Assembly: GCA_029008005.1 (NCBI GenBank)
Contig: JAQXIX010000026.1
Coordinates: 3,870 to 67,869, forward strand
Source: Bacillota bacterium
GTDB taxonomy: Bacteria > Bacillota > Clostridia > Peptostreptococcales > Anaerovoracaceae
DNA length: 64,000 nucleotides
Reading direction: 5' to 3'
The translations under genes were made by a program, and so were the position numbers. The notes under the pieces were generated by a model. The model made no database searches and was not told the DNA's origin. It saw only the letters and a list, made by a program, of their open reading frames with translations. Below are positions 47,908-56,721 of the stretch, piece after piece. Every line of letters starts with the position of its first letter. Position 1 is the stretch's first letter.

Positions 47908-49386
47908 CTAATGGTTTTTGCTCCAGAATGTTCTGCTGAAGAGTATCATAATGGTAAACAGTTCCAGTCTTCCCATAATCATAAGGCCGCTTAAGTACAG
48001 CTTAAGAAGAGGGTGGAACATTGAGAAGTTTCCGACTGCGGCAGCTTCTCCGAAAGCTGCTCCCGTATTGGAGAGCATCGCCAGTGCTGCCGTGAAGGTG
48101 GTATCGAGAGAAAATCCCTGAAACGAGAGTATAAATATTGATACCAGAAGAACCATCATGTATGTAAGGATGAATGCCGTAATAGCAGATACAACAGGTG
48201 CCGAAATGGCGTTTTTTCCGAGTTTAACAGCAACAACCGAACGAGGGTGTATTCTCTTCATGGAACCGCGCAGGATCAGTTTAAGCATTACGAGTATACG
48301 TATCACCTTTATAGAACCCGATGTGGAAGAAGAGCATCCTCCGATAAACATAAGTGCAATAAGTGTAACCTGACAAACAACAGGCCAAACAAGATAGGTC
48401 GATCTCATATAGCCGGCAGTCGTTGCCATGCTTATAACCTCAAATCCGGCATCGCGAAGAGCAGTTGCCGGTGATACATCATTAATAACGACAAGCGCTA
48501 ACGTGCATATAATAATAGATGCAAAGATTATTATGCAGTAAGCTCTCAACTCAACATCCTTAACAAGATAAGAACCCTTACCTGTTGCAAGATAGTGATA
48601 CAGGACGTAGTTCACTGACGATAGAATACAGAATACCGATATTACAACTTCCACGAACACGCTGTCATAAAATGCTATGCCTTCCGGATGTACTGTCAGT
48701 CCTCCGGTGCTTACACAACCGAGAGTGGTTACAATCGCATCAAAGACAGGCATTTTACCTGACAGAAGCAAAAGTACAAATTCTATTACGGTAAAGGAAA
48801 AATATGTAATATACAGAACCTTTGCGGAGTCGCTCATTCGTACCATGGTTTTCTGCAGAGCAGGACCGGGGGCCTCGGCTCTGACTATAAACTGACCGTT
48901 TACACCAAGTGCCGGCAATATGGATATTGCAAATACCAGAATTCCCATACCGCCCAGCCAGTTGGTTATGGCTTTCCACAGAATAAGCGGGTGAGAGAAT
49001 TCATCATATCCTGCAGCAGAACATCCGGTAGTGGTAAATCCCGATGTGGATTCGAAGAGAGCATCTATAAAGGTACATGTAAAGCTGCTGAAATAGTAGG
49101 GAAGAGCCCCGGCAAGTATTACCACAGCCCAGCATGACGCAACAACAATATACCCTTCACGTAATCTGAACTTGGCTCTGTCAGAGTTAAGTGTCACAGA
49201 CAGAACAAGACCGATTATGATGGAAAGAGGTGTGCTGATTCTGAATCCTTTCAGGCATGTTGTATCATGAATAAGTTCAGCATAAATCCACGGAATTGCC
49301 ATTGCAATTCCGGCAATAAGAAGTATTATGCCAAGGAGTCTGACCATGGCTTTGTAGTTGATTTTTACGTTTATCATAGTAGTCAC
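47908..49386 (-). CDS. trkH: TrkH-family potassium uptake membrane protein (alternative start 49377)
   Basis: Pore loops FESTSGFTTTG, STGG, TTAGY and SNTG; GRLE. Confidence 0.88.
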   Translation of the reverse strand: MTTMINVKINYKAMVRLLGIILLIAGIAMAIPWIYAELIHDTTCLKGFRISTPLSIIIGLVLSVTLNSDRAKFRLREGYIVVASCWAVVILAGALPYYFSSFTCTFIDALFESTSGFTTTGCSAAGYDEFSHPLILWKAITNWLGGMGILVFAISILPALGVNGQFIVRAEAPGPALQKTMVRMSDSAKVLYITYFSFTVIEFVLLLLSGKMPVFDAIVTTLGCVSTGGLTVHPEGIAFYDSVFVEVVISVFCILSSVNYVLYHYLATGKGSYLVKDVELRAYCIIIFASIIICTLALVVINDVSPATALRDAGFEVISMATTAGYMRSTYLVWPVVCQVTLIALMFIGGCSSSTSGSIKVIRILVMLKLILRGSMKRIHPRSVVAVKLGKNAISAPVVSAITAFILTYMMVLLVSIFILSFQGFSLDTTFTAALAMLSNTGAAFGEAAAVGNFSMFHPLLKLYLSGLMIMGRLELFTIMILFSRTFWSKNH

Positions 49387-49398
49387 TGTTATTATCTG

Positions 49399-50862
49399 TT
49401 ATCTGTCAGGATGCCAGAACTGAGGTGTCAGAAAGATAAAGAGTGTGTACAGTTCGAGCCTGCCGGCAATCATTGATACCGACAGAACAAATTTTGAAAA
49501 ACCACTCATAAATGCGAAGTTCTCTGACGGCCCGACAGCACTGAATCCCGGTCCGATATTACCGAGGCATGTTATTACGGAAGTAAAACATGTGGTCATA
49601 TCGACATTTTCAAATGAAATAAGGAATGTTCCGATAAATACAAGGAATATATAAAGGAAAATGTGACTCGCAATAAGCGAGACGGAATCTCCCGGTATTG
49701 TTCTGCCGTTTATCTTCGGAGTTCTGACTACATTGGGATGAAGCCTCGTATAAAATCCTCTGGCAACGAGCTTGAGAAGGACAACAATACGAATAACTTT
49801 AATGCCGCCGGCTGTAGAGGAAGAACATCCGCCTATAAACATGAGCATAAGAATTATTATCTGACAAACCTGCGGCCACTGTTCAAAGTCGCAGGTTGAA
49901 TAGCCTGTAGTTGTAAGTATAGAAGCTGTCTGGAATATTACGTCAGTAGCTGTTTCTCCGGCATCATCAACTCCTCTCGATGAAATGAGAAAAATAAAAA
50001 TCAGCAGAAACGCAATCGCCAGAATCAGCATATAACACTTAAACTCCGTATCATGGATAAATGTTGAAATTCCTTTTTTCATTGAAAGGAAAAACAGGTT
50101 GAAGTTTACTCCGCATATTACCATGAACACAGTGATTACAATCTTAATGTAGGTGCTGTCAAAATAGCCGACACTTGAATTGTAATTGGAAAAACCTCCG
50201 GTACCTACTGTTCCGAAAGTATGTATCAGAGAGTCGTAAAGATTCATACCACCGGCAAGAAGTAAAATAGTTTCCGTAACGGTGAGTATGGAATATATAA
50301 CAAGAAGAGTCTTGGCGGTATCGGTCATTTTCGGCGTGATTTTGTCCAGCATAGGCCCCGGAGTTTCCGAAACCTCAATATTCTGACCGCTTATTCCCAG
50401 AGAAGGCATAGCCGCGATAGCAAAAATCAGTATACCGATTCCTCCTATCCAGTGGGTAAAGGAACGCCAGAAAAGTATGCCGCAGGACAGGCTTTCGATA
50501 TCTGTGAGGATAGAAGCTCCCGTAGTCGAAAAACCGGAGCATGACTCAAAGAAAGCATCGGCAAAAGATGGGATTTCTCCCGAAATATAAAAAGGAACTG
50601 CGCCGATGAATGCTGAAATAAACCAGTAAATGGTAACAATAAAAAAACCGTCTCTTACTTTTAAGTCTTTTAATCTGTGTTTTGTCACTTTGGCAATAAA
50701 TGTGCCTGAAAGACCGACAAGTAATATAGTTATAGCAAAACATGCGGCAACATGCTTTTCTCCGTATATTAGTGAGACAACCAGTGAAGGCACCATCGCT
50801 ACGCTGATTATCACAAGCACTATTCCGACTATCCTGAGTATAGAACCAAAATTTAAATTCAT
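49399..50862 (-). CDS. trkH: TrkH-family potassium uptake membrane protein
   Basis: FESCSGFSTTG, GTGGFS, TTTGY, GNIGPG and GRLE motifs. Confidence 0.92.
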   Translation of the reverse strand: MNLNFGSILRIVGIVLVIISVAMVPSLVVSLIYGEKHVAACFAITILLVGLSGTFIAKVTKHRLKDLKVRDGFFIVTIYWFISAFIGAVPFYISGEIPSFADAFFESCSGFSTTGASILTDIESLSCGILFWRSFTHWIGGIGILIFAIAAMPSLGISGQNIEVSETPGPMLDKITPKMTDTAKTLLVIYSILTVTETILLLAGGMNLYDSLIHTFGTVGTGGFSNYNSSVGYFDSTYIKIVITVFMVICGVNFNLFFLSMKKGISTFIHDTEFKCYMLILAIAFLLIFIFLISSRGVDDAGETATDVIFQTASILTTTGYSTCDFEQWPQVCQIIILMLMFIGGCSSSTAGGIKVIRIVVLLKLVARGFYTRLHPNVVRTPKINGRTIPGDSVSLIASHIFLYIFLVFIGTFLISFENVDMTTCFTSVITCLGNIGPGFSAVGPSENFAFMSGFSKFVLSVSMIAGRLELYTLFIFLTPQFWHPDR

Positions 50863-50863
50863 G

Positions 50864-52234
50864 TTATCTTTTAAAGAACGAGAACCTGCCGTTATCTTTG
50901 ATGAGCTTTTCGGTGATTTTAAGATCGCTGATAAGACTTATTATAATAACACGGTCATCTTCTCTTATTACAGTGTCTCCGTTAGGGATTATCAGCTTGT
51001 TGCCCCTGTGTATTGCAGCAACAAGGAAGGTATCGGGAAGAATGAGATTCTTAAGAGGTTCATCAATAATCTTCATATGAGAAGTAGCGACAACCTCAAC
51101 AAGCTCTGCCTGTCCCTGAATGAGCTGTGATGAAACCACGGTACGTGAACTCTGAACGTATCTGATAATATCGTTAGTGGTAATATCAAGAGGATTAAGA
51201 GCCATATCGATACCCATGGCCGATATAATTTCAACATAACTCTGTCTGCTTACCTTGGCGATAACATCTTCAACTTTGTGCTGCTTGGCAGTAAGAGCGA
51301 GAAGAAGGTTCTCCTCGTCGAAACCTGTGGCAGTAACTACAGCATCCATTCCGTCAAGATTCTCTTCTTCGAGGAGATCCAGATCTGTAGCGTCACCGTG
51401 AAGAATCATAACATCATCCAGATGTGTGGAAAGATAATGACATCTGTCCTTGTCCTTTTCGATTATCTTTACTGCCGCTCCGAATTCGGAGAGCATGCGA
51501 GCCAGATAGAATCCCGTCTTACCTCCGCCGATAATCATTACTTTCTGAAGGTCGGTATATTTACCCTTTTCGTGTACTTTATCCGAAAGTCTCTGGATAG
51601 ATTCTTTTTCTCCTATAACGTACACTATATCGTTCTCCTGAACGGTAGTATCTCCGTGAGGAATAATTACCTTGCCGGAACGTGATATTGCAACAACAAG
51701 CATATCCGGCAGATATTTAGCTATCTCTTTCATTGACTGCCCGATAATTTCAGGCATTTTGGACACATAAAATTCGAGCAGTGATGCATATCCGCTCGTG
51801 AATATTCCATTGCTAAGTGTGTATTTCTCAGCAAGATATTTATATATTTCCACCGTGATACCCAGATCCGGATTCACGATGTAGTCAATTCCCATGAGAT
51901 CTTTTATAAAGCTGATCTGCTGCATATGTTCAGGATCTCGCACACGGGCGATGACTTTGCTGCATCCCAGTTTCTTAGCAAAGGCAGATACAACAATATT
52001 GACTTCGTCGTCACCTGTCGTGGCAACGAGAAAGTCATAGGATGCTATGTCAATCTGCTTGAGGACTTTAATTTCCTTGGCGTTTGCCGTAACGGTCATA
52101 ACGTCAAGAAGAGAGTTGATTTTCTCTGTCCAGGATTCATTGGTGTCTATTATTGTAACAGAGTGATCTCCGCCCAAAAGTGCCTCGGCAACTTTCATTC
52201 CCAGTTTGCCGGCTCCTACGATTGCTATTTTCAT
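50864..52234 (-). CDS. trkA: Trk system potassium transporter TrkA (tandem RCK domains)
   Basis: Two Rossmann motifs, GAGKLG and GGGKTG, plus TrkA_C IIPHG/IIPNG. Confidence 0.93.
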   Translation of the reverse strand: MKIAIVGAGKLGMKVAEALLGGDHSVTIIDTNESWTEKINSLLDVMTVTANAKEIKVLKQIDIASYDFLVATTGDDEVNIVVSAFAKKLGCSKVIARVRDPEHMQQISFIKDLMGIDYIVNPDLGITVEIYKYLAEKYTLSNGIFTSGYASLLEFYVSKMPEIIGQSMKEIAKYLPDMLVVAISRSGKVIIPHGDTTVQENDIVYVIGEKESIQRLSDKVHEKGKYTDLQKVMIIGGGKTGFYLARMLSEFGAAVKIIEKDKDRCHYLSTHLDDVMILHGDATDLDLLEEENLDGMDAVVTATGFDEENLLLALTAKQHKVEDVIAKVSRQSYVEIISAMGIDMALNPLDITTNDIIRYVQSSRTVVSSQLIQGQAELVEVVATSHMKIIDEPLKNLILPDTFLVAAIHRGNKLIIPNGDTVIREDDRVIIISLISDLKITEKLIKDNGRFSFFKR

Positions 52235-52368
52235 AGTCTCGATAATCCGCCTTCCCTGTATATTTATCTAAATACAACACCAACATTATACAACTATCTG
52301 TTAGGAATTCAAGTTGTATGAATGGTTTTTCACGTGGTAAAATATACAGGTACGAAAAGGAGAATGAC

Positions 52369-52977
52369 ATGAAAATAAAGAGACTTATTGGCGGTAATCT
52401 TGAGAGCAACGGATATATCATTTCTCTCGACGAAGCATGCTATATTATTGACCCGGGATATAATCCGAAAAAATACATAGAGAGTATCAAAAATGAGAAT
52501 ATGACCTGTGAGGGAATATTGCTGACACATCATCACTATGACCATTCCGGAGGTGTTCAGGCAATCGCCTCGGAGCTTGAGTGCCCTGTGATGATGCATA
52601 TACTCGACAGCGATAAACTTAAATTAAACGTCGATAGGTATCTTGAATCGGGAGACATACTGACACTGCATGGCAGAGGCAGAGAAGAACAGCTGAAAAT
52701 ATTTCATACTCCGGGACATACTTACGGGGGTATATGTATAATGAACGAAAAGGATAACGTATGTTTCACGGGTGATACAATATTTAACGTTGACCTGGGA
52801 AGAACGGATCTTGAGGACGGAAACGATGAAGAAATGGTATGCAGTATCAGGGAGATAATAGATAAATGGCCGAACAGCATGACCATATACCCGGGACACG
52901 GTGATCCGGCGAATATGAAAACAGTAAGAAAAATAAACAGAGAATTTATAGACATTATTGAAATGAAGGTGAAATAA
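52369..52977 (+). CDS. MBL-fold metallo-hydrolase (glyoxalase II-like)
   Basis: THHHYDH, HTPGHT, FTGD and PGHG motifs. Confidence 0.9.
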   Translation: MKIKRLIGGNLESNGYIISLDEACYIIDPGYNPKKYIESIKNENMTCEGILLTHHHYDHSGGVQAIASELECPVMMHILDSDKLKLNVDRYLESGDILTLHGRGREEQLKIFHTPGHTYGGICIMNEKDNVCFTGDTIFNVDLGRTDLEDGNDEEMVCSIREIIDKWPNSMTIYPGHGDPANMKTVRKINREFIDIIEMKVK

Positions 52978-53802
52978 ATGACAGTAAAGCTTATAGCATT
53001 GGATCTTGACGGTACAACACTTAACAGCAAAGGCAGACTAAGCGAAGGGAACAGGAAAGCTCTTGCTGATGCAGCAGAAAGAGGAGTGAACATACTTGTG
53101 GCAACAGGCAGACCCTTTTGTGCTCTGCCTGAAGAAATACTGGAGTTCGAACCGATAAGATATGTTCTGACATCAAACGGAGCCAGAATAGTTGATCTGG
53201 CAAACAATGAGACCTTCTATGAAAACTGTCTGGCGCCTCATTCCGTCGAAGCAGCGGTTCAGCTTCTGGAGCCTTTGCATTATGTACTGGAAACCTTCAT
53301 CAAAGGTGAAGCGTATATTGAGGGATGGTATTTCAGACAGATAGCGGAAACGGGAAAAAGTTTCAGAAATATAGATTACATCCTGAAAACGAGAAAGCCC
53401 CGGGATGATTTCTATAATTTCATGCTCGAAAACAAGGAACATATAGAGAATATAAATGTAAATTTCGAAAACATTGACGAGAAGCCTAATATGAAGAAAA
53501 GACTCGAGGAACTGCCGGATGTGACGATAACAAGCTCATTTAATCATAATCTTGAAATCGGCGGAAACACTACGAGTAAGGCTGATGCACTTAAACAGAT
53601 GGGAGCATTGCTTGGGATTAAGCAATCTGAAATGATGGCAATAGGAGACAGTCCCAATGACCTTGCTATGCTGAAGGCTTCGGGAGTGGCAGTTGCCGTA
53701 GGTAACGGGAAAGAAGAAGTTAAACGAGAGGCTGATTACATAGCGCCGTCTAATGACGATGACGGTGTTGCAGATGCAGTAAGAAAATTTGTGCTGATAT
53801 AG
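52978..53802 (+). CDS. Cof-type HAD-IIB hydrolase
   Basis: DLDGT, ATGR and GDSPND motifs. Confidence 0.92.
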   Translation: MTVKLIALDLDGTTLNSKGRLSEGNRKALADAAERGVNILVATGRPFCALPEEILEFEPIRYVLTSNGARIVDLANNETFYENCLAPHSVEAAVQLLEPLHYVLETFIKGEAYIEGWYFRQIAETGKSFRNIDYILKTRKPRDDFYNFMLENKEHIENINVNFENIDEKPNMKKRLEELPDVTITSSFNHNLEIGGNTTSKADALKQMGALLGIKQSEMMAIGDSPNDLAMLKASGVAVAVGNGKEEVKREADYIAPSNDDDGVADAVRKFVLI

Positions 53803-53824
53803 TAATGAAGGAAAAATTAAGATT

Positions 53825-53852
53825 AAAAGAGTTCTTGATTGAACTCTTTTTT
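53825..53852 (+). terminator. Rho-independent terminator
   Basis: AAAAGAGTTC-TTGATT-GAACTCTTTTTT. Confidence 0.75.
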
Positions 53853-53861
53853 ATTATACTA

Positions 53862-53890
53862 TTGACAGAAAATGGAAATAAAATTATAAT
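53862..53890 (+). promoter_or_regulatory. Consensus sigmaA promoter of yraN-comM-dprA
   Basis: TTGACA-17-TATAAT. Confidence 0.85.
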
Positions 53891-53930
53891 GTAAAAAAAT
53901 AGTAATAATTACATAAAAAGGGAGAAAACT

Positions 53931-54269
53931 ATGGATAAGAGATTGCTAGGCCAGATTGGCGAGAATACAGCTGCGGATATATTGCGAGCAAAAGGCTACA
54001 GAATACTTAAACAGAATTACAGATGCCGTCACGGTGAAATCGATCTGATAGCTATGCGAGACGGGGTAATAAGCTTTGTGGAGGTTAAGACGAGACAGAA
54101 TTACAATTACGGAAGACCCTGTGAAGCAATCGATGAAAACAAGAAAAGTCATATCAGGAAGGCGGCGCTGTGCTTTCTTGATGAAATGCGGGACAAGGGT
54201 CAGTCAGCCGGAAGGTGGAGTTTTCATGTTATGGAAGTGGTGGTAGAGCATACAGTTGATGCTTTTTAG
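53931..54269 (+). CDS. yraN: YraN-family nuclease (UPF0102)
   Basis: G..GE..A, GEIDLI and FVEVKTR motifs. Confidence 0.9.
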   Translation: MDKRLLGQIGENTAADILRAKGYRILKQNYRCRHGEIDLIAMRDGVISFVEVKTRQNYNYGRPCEAIDENKKSHIRKAALCFLDEMRDKGQSAGRWSFHVMEVVVEHTVDAF

Positions 54270-54281
54270 GGAAGGTGGCAA

Positions 54282-55817
54282 ATGTTTATTAAGGTTAAAA
54301 CAGCTGCGCTTTCAGGTGTAAAGGGATATCCTGTGAATGTTGAAGTGGATGTTCACAGAGGAATGCCTTCATTTAATATAGTCGGACTTGCTAATACAAC
54401 GATAAAGGAAGCATGTCAGAGAATAAAACCGGCGGTGAAAAACAGCGGATTTGATTTTCCCGTTGATAAAGTCACTATCAATCTCGTGCCGGCAGACATT
54501 CCCAAAGACGGAAGTCACTTCGATCTGCCTATTGCAATCGGAATAATGATGTCATGTAATCCGGGTATGATAGCTGACGATACTGCTTTTTTTGGGGAGC
54601 TGTCACTGGACGGAAGGCTGAATCCTGTTAAAGGTATACTTCCTCTTGTTATGGCCGTTCGGGAAAGGGGAACCCTAAAGGTTATTGTTCCTGCAGAGAA
54701 TGCTGAAGAGGCCGCAATGCTTTCGGATATGACTGTTTTGCCGGCGGAAGATTTACAGCAAGTTGCGGATTATACTCTGGGAAGCCGTGACATTGCCGCA
54801 TATAAGGGAAAGAGCATCGGAGAAGAGAATAAAAGTGTCCCGGATTACAATCAGGTTATCGGTCAGGAAAATGCGAAGAGAGCAATGGTAATAGCCGCAG
54901 CGGGAAATCACGGCATTCTGATGATGGGAGAACCGGGCTGCGGCAAGACAATGATCGCCAAGAGGCTTCCGGGTATACTTCCTCCTCCGGATTTTGAGGA
55001 GAAGCTGGAAATAACGGGAATATACAGCGTTGCAGGAATGTTTGATAAAGAAAAAGGACTTATGACAGAGCGTCCTTTCAGGTGTCCGCACCATACGATT
55101 ACAACAGCAGGCATGATAGGAGGCGGAGCAAGACCCGGGCCGGGAGAATTGTCTTTGGCTCATAAAGGTGTACTGTTTCTCGACGAAATGGGTGAGTTCA
55201 GGCCGAGGGTTATTGATTCCATGCGCCAGCCTGTGGAAGAAGGTGTTATAAGGTTACGCAGAGGACATGGTGAAGTGATATTTCCCTCGGAAGTAATGGT
55301 GGTTATTGCAGCGAATCCGTGCAAATGCGGCAACCTGTGGAGCAGTACAAAAAGATGCACATGCACCCGTGGACAGATTAACAGCTATAAAAGAAAGATA
55401 CTGGGACCTTTTGGAGACAGAATAGATATGCATGTGAAAATGCAGCCTCCGGGATTTGACGAATTGCGTGATGCAGAAAGGGGAGAATTGAGAAACTTCG
55501 GCCTGAGTTCAGGACAGATGAGAGAGACTGTAATACAGTGCAGAGAAATTCAGAAAGACAGATATAAAGGAACAGAATATACGTTAAACGGTAAACTGGA
55601 TGAATACGGAATTACGAAATACTGTATTATGGATAGTGCGGCATCTGAGATGATGAGCAGTGCGTACGAAAAATTTAATCTGACAATGAGAGGTTACGGC
55701 AGAGTTCTTAAGGTTGCGAGAACAATCGCGGATATTGATAAAGAGGAAAGGATAATGGCAGAGCATATTGCCGAGGCATTATCCTACAGAGTAAGCGGAG
55801 ATTATTACAGGGAGTAA
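54282..55817 (+). CDS. comM: YifB/ComM Mg-chelatase-like AAA+ ATPase
   Basis: FDLPIA, GEPGCGKT, PGELSLAHKGVLFLDE and ARTIAD motifs. Confidence 0.9.
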   Translation: MFIKVKTAALSGVKGYPVNVEVDVHRGMPSFNIVGLANTTIKEACQRIKPAVKNSGFDFPVDKVTINLVPADIPKDGSHFDLPIAIGIMMSCNPGMIADDTAFFGELSLDGRLNPVKGILPLVMAVRERGTLKVIVPAENAEEAAMLSDMTVLPAEDLQQVADYTLGSRDIAAYKGKSIGEENKSVPDYNQVIGQENAKRAMVIAAAGNHGILMMGEPGCGKTMIAKRLPGILPPPDFEEKLEITGIYSVAGMFDKEKGLMTERPFRCPHHTITTAGMIGGGARPGPGELSLAHKGVLFLDEMGEFRPRVIDSMRQPVEEGVIRLRRGHGEVIFPSEVMVVIAANPCKCGNLWSSTKRCTCTRGQINSYKRKILGPFGDRIDMHVKMQPPGFDELRDAERGELRNFGLSSGQMRETVIQCREIQKDRYKGTEYTLNGKLDEYGITKYCIMDSAASEMMSSAYEKFNLTMRGYGRVLKVARTIADIDKEERIMAEHIAEALSYRVSGDYYRE

Positions 55818-55822
55818 AGGAT

Positions 55823-56680
55823 ATGGAGATTGAAGTAGTGTCATCAGGTATGCCGTATTACCCGGCATTATTAAAGGAAATAAAAGATTATCCCAGGCAG
55901 TTGTATTATACCGGGAATATTAAATTTTTAAGCAGGCGCTGCGTAGCTGTTGTCGGATCGAGAACTACAACGGCATACGGCAGAAGTGTTTCGGATTTAG
56001 TTGGAAGGAAGCTTGGTGAATGCGGTGTGACGGTGGTTAGCGGCATGGCCAGGGGTGTTGATTCTTTTGCACATAACGGTGCCCTTAAAGTTAACGGGAT
56101 GACGGCTGCTGTTTTTGCAGGCGGAGTTGATGTCTGTTACCCGCCGGAAAACAAAAGTCTGATGGAAAAAATTGCAGAACGAGGTGTAATAGTATCGGAG
56201 CACCCGCCGGGAACAGTTCCGAAGAAATATTCCTTTCCAATGAGAAACAGAATAATAAGCGGACTTTGCGAGATGACCGTAATTGTACAGGCAAGGAACA
56301 GAAGCGGAGCTCTGATAACTGCAGAGTCTGCCATGGATCAGGGGCGAAAGGTAATGGCTGTTCCGGGTAATATTGACAGTGAGTATAATCTCGGAAATAA
56401 CAAGTTGATACAGGAGGGCGCTGATATTGCCGTTAGTGCAGATGATATAATTCGCGCCCTGGGGATAAGACGCAAAGTCCATGAAGATATGGGAAAAATC
56501 CTAAGCTCCACGGAATATCAGTTTTACGAGCTTTTGCATAACAGCGGAGAAATGAGCATTGATGAAGTGTGCATTGCTATGGATAAACCGGCAGGATATG
56601 TTAACAGAATTGCCTCGGTGCTTGAAATGAAGGGATTAATTTTTTCTGATATGGGGAAAGTTTTTCTTGCAAACAGGTGA
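55823..56680 (+). CDS. dprA: DNA-processing protein DprA
   Basis: AVVGSR, VSGMARGVD, FPMRNRIISG and SGALITA motifs, with a C-terminal winged helix. Confidence 0.93.
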   Translation: MEIEVVSSGMPYYPALLKEIKDYPRQLYYTGNIKFLSRRCVAVVGSRTTTAYGRSVSDLVGRKLGECGVTVVSGMARGVDSFAHNGALKVNGMTAAVFAGGVDVCYPPENKSLMEKIAERGVIVSEHPPGTVPKKYSFPMRNRIISGLCEMTVIVQARNRSGALITAESAMDQGRKVMAVPGNIDSEYNLGNNKLIQEGADIAVSADDIIRALGIRRKVHEDMGKILSSTEYQFYELLHNSGEMSIDEVCIAMDKPAGYVNRIASVLEMKGLIFSDMGKVFLANR

Positions 56681-56721
56681 GAATGTGCATATAATCGGTT
56701 ACTGTAAAGGAGAGGGAAAAA

